Assembly: GCA_905178155.1 (NCBI GenBank)
Contig: CAJINV010000001.1
Span: 4,692,747-4,756,746, forward strand
Reading direction: 5' to 3'
Source of the DNA: Amoebophrya sp. A120
Taxonomy: Eukaryota; Protista; Dinoflagellata
Length of the DNA: 64,000 bases
A program made the translations under genes and the position numbers. The stretch's first letter is position 1, and every line of letters starts with the position of its first letter. This document shows positions 59,401 through 64,000 of the stretch, piece by piece. The notes under the pieces are model-generated. The model searched no databases. It was not told the DNA's origin and was given only the letters and a program-made list of their open reading frames with translations.

Positions 59401-62400
59401 AGATCCGGCAGAGCGAGTGCGCGGTGGGGGACCAGCAGCTGTCCTGCAACTGGGAGTGCGAGTCGCACAACCCGGACTGGACGCCGAACGGAGTAAGTAC
59501 CACCATATCAAATGCAAAAATGTCTGGGTCTGGAAGAGTGCAGGACTTGTCATGCACATTTTGCATGACCCATGATATCTGTGATGCATGCCCTAGCATC
59601 ACAGATTTTTTGACGGCTTTCTGATGCCTATACTGCATGAGAGACGCCCTCTCCGCGAAGCAAGAAATGGACCTCTTTTGCTGATCATGCAATACAGATT
59701 CTGTGTACTTAGAATCCAGAGACAGCATCACAAGTTCCAACCTTCCAGACCCAGACACTTTTACATTTGATACACCATGGAGTGCGACAACAGTCTGTTC
59801 GAACCGGAGAAACTGCAGTTCCCGGTCTACGGACAGACCCTCGGGTATGGAAGTGTCAGAATCGAAATTGACACAATCGAAATGATTTGTCATGCATAAA
59901 TTATTGGATTCCAGTGCCCCCGGGGGCGAAGCCGGGTCACCAAGGTCCACTAGTCGTCTCAGTTCCGCGCTGAGGTGCCCACGACTAGGATAGCATGCGA
60001 ACTCCCCCAGGAGGCAACCTTCGCGTGTTCTCTCTTCCTCGTTTTCTTCCCATTGATCTCGGTTTAACTAACTAAAATACGTTCGAAATCGGTACACGAG
60101 GAAGGGAGGCCCATCTTTCATGATCGTCGTCTTTTCCTATTACAGAAACAAGATCCATCCCGTAGCGCGGTCCCCTTAGTTTCTGCTCGTTTTCACAGAA
60201 GATCCTTTGACTCATGAACAGCTGAGGAACTCCAGCACTGTTTCACTTAAGTAGCTATTCCCCACCCTGCCCAGCGATTCTCCCCCATGAATCACATTTC
60301 TACCCGCCCTTCCGTCGTCCCCCGTGTGCGTCCTCGTCGTTGTGGTTTCGTCTAGCTAATTTTCCTGGCCGAATACCTTTACTTAGCACGGCTCCGCCAC
60401 CACCGGTTCTTTTGCATGAGGGTGGAAGAGATTTTCTCATAGCACGTCCAAAGTCTACCAGTCAAGCAAGTAAGCCCCCCAATACCGGACCCCGCTTCCC
60501 CCCTTAGATATGCGTTTCGTGATGTGTTTGCGGCCTAGCTAAGCATACCAGTTGTGTCGGAACCGCATCCCGGTTCCAGGGGTTAGCATTTGTTCCCTTC
60601 GTGGTCGGTTCTGCCACCCGGCAGTTCTTTCCAACCCCTGTCTGTTTCCCCTTTATATATTAGTGGCCCCCGTGTTGTCGTTCGTAAGGTCTGCAACCCA
60701 TAATAGCCGCGCACCAGGGCTAGGTGTTCCCGTTGTTTCTCCGAATGTGAAGGATCGCGCACGCTTTCGGGGGGGCAATTGCGTGCCGCAAGTCAGACAC
60801 TTTGCAGAGAAACGCCACGGCGCTCGTTTTCGTTAAATGGAAAAAGGAAAGCGATAACAGGCCCGGCAGTGGCCGCAGGTCATGAGCACAGACAGCAACG
60901 AAGGGCCTACGCATTCAGGTCATGAGCATGGCGACAGCAGGCACCAAAGAAATGCGCCACGGGCTGACTATCGTAATTATGCGGACTCGCGCCCCCCTCT
61001 CGTCGCCTTTCTTCTGTGCGTTCCTTCGCCCATTCCAAGAGATGGCTCGGAGTTTTTTTTTGTCTTTCTTTCCTCTTTTCCCAACCTGTCCATCCTCTGG
61101 GGCGTGCCTGATTATGAGATAGCTACTTAAAATTTTTTCTACGACGAGAGCGGCCTGGCTTCGTCGTCCTTTTTCCTTTTTTTCGTTGCCCGCTCCATTG
61201 TCTTTTGCATGGCACACGAATGCGACACGCATCGAACGTTGCTCGGTTTTCTTTCAGGTTTCTCTTGGCCTGTCGTCTGGTGCCCTCGGTCTGACTTTAG
61301 ACATCTCACCCAATAGATTAAGCGATAGGACATGCGAAGGAAGTAGATGAGATTTTGCATTTGGCGCAAAGGCTCCCGCCCGCAGGCTCCCACCCGCCTG
61401 GCGCCCTCGGTTTCCTGCGCCTCCGGGCGCCTGAGACGGTTGCCCTGCGGTCATGATTTTTGCTTCTGCATTTGAGGAACGACAGCTACGGCCATGATCG
61501 CTCTCTTTGCATTGCTTATCGCTTTCCTTCAATCTCAAATAAAAGCGGCGCCTACCCCCCGTCTCCCTCGGTCTTCTTTCGTGCCAAAATGGTGTTGGTT
61601 CCGCCTTGGTGGGGATCAGCCGAGCTACTTATCGCGAACCCAAAAAAATATCGAAAGTCTGTCTGAATTTTGTCTGTCCAAACCCATTGCTATTTGCATT
61701 GGTTCCATTTGCATTCCTCCTCCTCGGCCCCTGGATCCCTTACCCTGGTTCACCGGTAGTGCCCCCCCCGGGTCTTGGACGTGCCTTCTACTCCTGCGGC
61801 GGATGACTTGTCTCCTAAACGCACCAGGTTTCAGAATCGTACGCTCCCGCTACATTAGGTTCCAGTCTTAAAATTGCCCGGGAACTCACCACCCGGGATC
61901 GGACATTCAACTTTCACATTCACATTCACATTCACATTGGATTCCAGTGCGAACCCAGTTTCTAAGTGGCGCATGACAAATTCTGGCGGTGCCTAAATCC
62001 AGTTTGTGCTGCTGTTTGGGCAAAGAAGGCTGATTCTCTCATGCTGCTCTAGCAGCTCGAGATATGACCCCAGACAGGCTTACAATCGGCCTCACTTGCC
62101 TGCTCTGCAACACACGTATTTCGCGTCATGCATTCGATGCATCACAAGTTTTTCGATTTTGTCAATTTCGATCCTGACACTCCCATATCGGGATCCCGCG
62201 GTACACGTTCGCCCCGCCGACCTACTCCGCGGACGACATGGCCGCCGGACTGCAAAAATTCCACGAGTACCGGTTTCGCATCGTGTGCGTCGTGGTGCAG
62301 TCCGCCACCGACGTCGTCGCCAACACGGAGACGCAGCAGGGCCAGAACTATCAAAAGGAAAAATCCCCCCTCCCCATATCGAAACGAAGTTTCTGATGCT

Positions 62401-63941
62401 GGATTTCAATACACAAATCAGATTTGTCTTGCAGTAGAGGAATGCATGCATATGTCAAGCCTCAGTCGAGAGGTTTTGACGTAGGCGCCTCGCATGGCAA
62501 ACGTGTATGCTCTAAGCCAAACAGCATCACAAACCGCCTGCAAAATGCGGAGCGCTTTCTGGACTTGCCTTCTTGCAAGACAGACAGGATTTGAGGTCGC
62601 AAATGCGCATCGCAAATTTTGAGACGGATACGTTTTCGATATGGGGAAGGGGGATTTTTCCTTACGATAAGAACGCGGCCGAGGTGGTGGTGATCCGCGT
62701 GGAGCGCGCGCCGCTGAAGGTGCTGCTGTTCCCCAGTGGCACGGAGTTCCCGCAGAAGGGGACCACGATGGCGCTGAACGCGCGGTTCACCATGGACCCG
62801 GACTTGGAGGAGGTCTACCCGTGCCTGCTCGACCCCGGCAGTCTCGCCTGCAGCACGCTGCCCGACTTCGGGTACAGCGGTGACTTCACGTTTCGGTGCT
62901 GGAAGGTGACCCCGGCGGTGCAGAACCAGGGGGCGGAGATCGAGGCGGGGGACACCGTGTGCCCGGGGAACAACTACGTGGTGAAGGATGTGAACACGGT
63001 TTGCGCCGAGGGCAGCGAGATTCTGGACGCGGTGATGTGCGAGACCGCGGCCAACGAGTGCGGCCCCTACACGTGGAACCCGGTGAATCCCGACAACCCG
63101 GGGGAGCTGGGCGGGTGCTTCTTCCGCACCAACGAGAACGACGTGCAGTACAACGGGTTCGCGGTCCGCACCATTGAGGACGGCATGGCGGACCGGCGCC
63201 CGATCTGCTGGCACCTGCCGACCGCCGAAGTGGTGACCACCACCCCCGCGGGCACGACGGAGGTGACGGCGAGCGGCACGACGATGAGCCCCTGCTTCAC
63301 GCTGAACCTGGGCCCCGGGGCGAGCCCGATATCAAATGCAAAAATGACTGGGTCTGGAAGGATGCGAATTTCTGCTGCGCATTTCACAACACACACAAAT
63401 CTCTCATGCATAGGCAGCAAAAGGTGCCCACTTCCTGTCGCCAAAAAGGAGGATTTGTCATGCGGATTGCGCATTGCGGAAGGTTCTCGAAATCTGTGCT
63501 GCTAGGGCAGCCACGACAGACCTTCTGTGTCATGCAAAAAGAGCATGACCTTCTTCCAGACCCAGACATATTTGCATTTGATACCCGAACGGGGTGTACC
63601 AAACGCTGACGAACGGGAACATCGACGACTTATGCAAAGAAAAAAGTGTTACAGTTACACATTGCGTTGCAAAACATGCAAGACAGGCGACCTCTGTCAT
63701 GCGCAAAAAGCTTGCGAGTCTCGTTTCGTGTGTGTTTTGCCTTATGATCTCTGCAACGCAAGTTTTCTCCGTCATGCGAGGCAAATTTGTGATGCTGAAT
63801 TCACTACAAATGTGTAACTGTGACACTTTTTTCCCGTGATACGACTGGAAGTTGCGCGACTACACGCAGAGCGACGTGTGCACCCAGAAAGGCGGGGAGA
63901 ACGTGCCTGGGCTGGAGATCGGGTACAGCGTGACGATCAAC
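53412..63941 (+). CDS. Polycystin-1-like protein, copy B (paralog of 21254-46806), runs off the window end
   Basis: Exons 53412-55826, 56006-56192, 56460-56560, 56708-56975, 57249-57330, 57490-57926, 58238-58455, 58672-58958, 59174-59505, 59778-59845, 62193-62348, 62675-63329, 63589-63630, 63847-63941 are colinear with copy A (e.g. HRSIDPDVPYANLFNAEAGFPL is identical). Alternative start at 54873. Confidence 0.85.
56193..56454. mobile_element. Introner, family A
   Basis: Family A TIR; TSD tcgca; restores TDRMYPKL; empty in copy A. Confidence 0.93.
56976..57243. mobile_element. Introner, family A
   Basis: Family A TIR; TSD ctatc; restores VLGYLFED; empty in copy A. Confidence 0.93.
57927..58232. 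mobile_element. Introner, family D
   Basis: tattacagcgaaaaatgcccccacccc ... ggggaggaggcatttttcattgtaata; imperfect TSD ggacc/gcacc; restores KDRSGGAKF. Confidence 0.9.
58959..59168. mobile_element. Introner, family E
   Basis: tatcgcaagaaaaaagtgttacagttacacatt ... aatgtgtaactgtaacacttttttcgtgggata; TSD ctgca. Confidence 0.93.
59506..59772. mobile_element. Introner, family A
   Basis: Family A TIR; TSD cacca; restores STTMECDNSLF. Confidence 0.93.
59846..62187. mobile_element. Introner, family B (about 309 bp), with a nested 2-kb insertion
   Basis: tatggaagtgtcagaatcgaaattgaca ... tgtcaatttcgatcctgacactcccata; TSD tcggg; alignable along its length to the 30963 element; restores TLGIPRYTF. Confidence 0.92.
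59918..61935 (+). mobile_element. Non-coding non-LTR retroelement (SINE-like or LINE derivative) with (TTCACA)n tail
   Basis: Perfect 15-bp TSD attggattccagtgc at 59903-59917 and 61936-61950. Four TTCACA units at 61913-61936. cccggg...cccggg stem at 61877-61897. No convincing ORF. Confidence 0.85.
62349..62669. mobile_element. Introner, family F (related to D)
   Basis: tatcaaaaggaaaaatcccccctccccatatcgaaa ... tttcgatatggggaagggggatttttccttacgata; TSD agaac; restores GQNAAEV. Confidence 0.93.
63330..63583. mobile_element. Introner, family A
   Basis: Family A TIR; TSD cccga; restores ASPNGVYQ. Confidence 0.93.
63631..63841. mobile_element. Introner, family E
   Basis: Same TIR as 58959; TSD cgact; restores IDDWKLRDY. 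Confidence 0.93.
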
Positions 63942-64000
63942 TATCCTATGTAAAAACGTCTCCACCCCAGAGTCGAGTCAAGATGGGGAATCGGCTAGAC
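63942..64000. mobile_element. Introner, family C, cut by the window end, opposite orientation to 25676
   Basis: tatcctatgtaaaaacgtctccaccccagagtcgagtcaagatggggaatc matches the reverse complement of the right end of 25676-25954. Confidence 0.85.

Noticed and set aside
59918-60050. HDV-like ribozyme or tRNA head at the 5' end of the 2-kb element
   Set aside because: Hairpins are present, but I could not build the HDV nested pseudoknot order or A/B boxes by eye.

Overview
Compact eukaryotic genomic DNA from a dinoflagellate-lineage organism. A perfect 22-nt DinoSL, all genes on the + strand and many non-GT-AG inverted-repeat introns point to an Amoebophrya-like syndinian (inference). Nine host genes are supported: uL22-like, OST48/WBP1, a CLC with ankyrin repeats, an Ala-rich type I membrane protein, a coiled-coil protein, two tandem polycystin-1-like paralogs, a nucleotidyltransferase-fold protein and SDHAF3. 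Coding exons are broken by 16 MITE-like introner introns (194-321 bp, TAT...ATA termini, 5-bp target-site duplications, several TIR families sharing a GCATGAC/GTCATGC motif). The main finding is an apparently intact 11.7-kb two-ORF LINE (APE-RT-RNase H) that begins exactly with the spliced leader. It sits in sense orientation inside the terminal repeat of an introner, at the introner's own motif, and an extra copy of that motif lies at its 3' junction. The only other introner of that family also holds a 2-kb non-coding retroelement. Exon boundaries were read by eye and are not transcript-validated.
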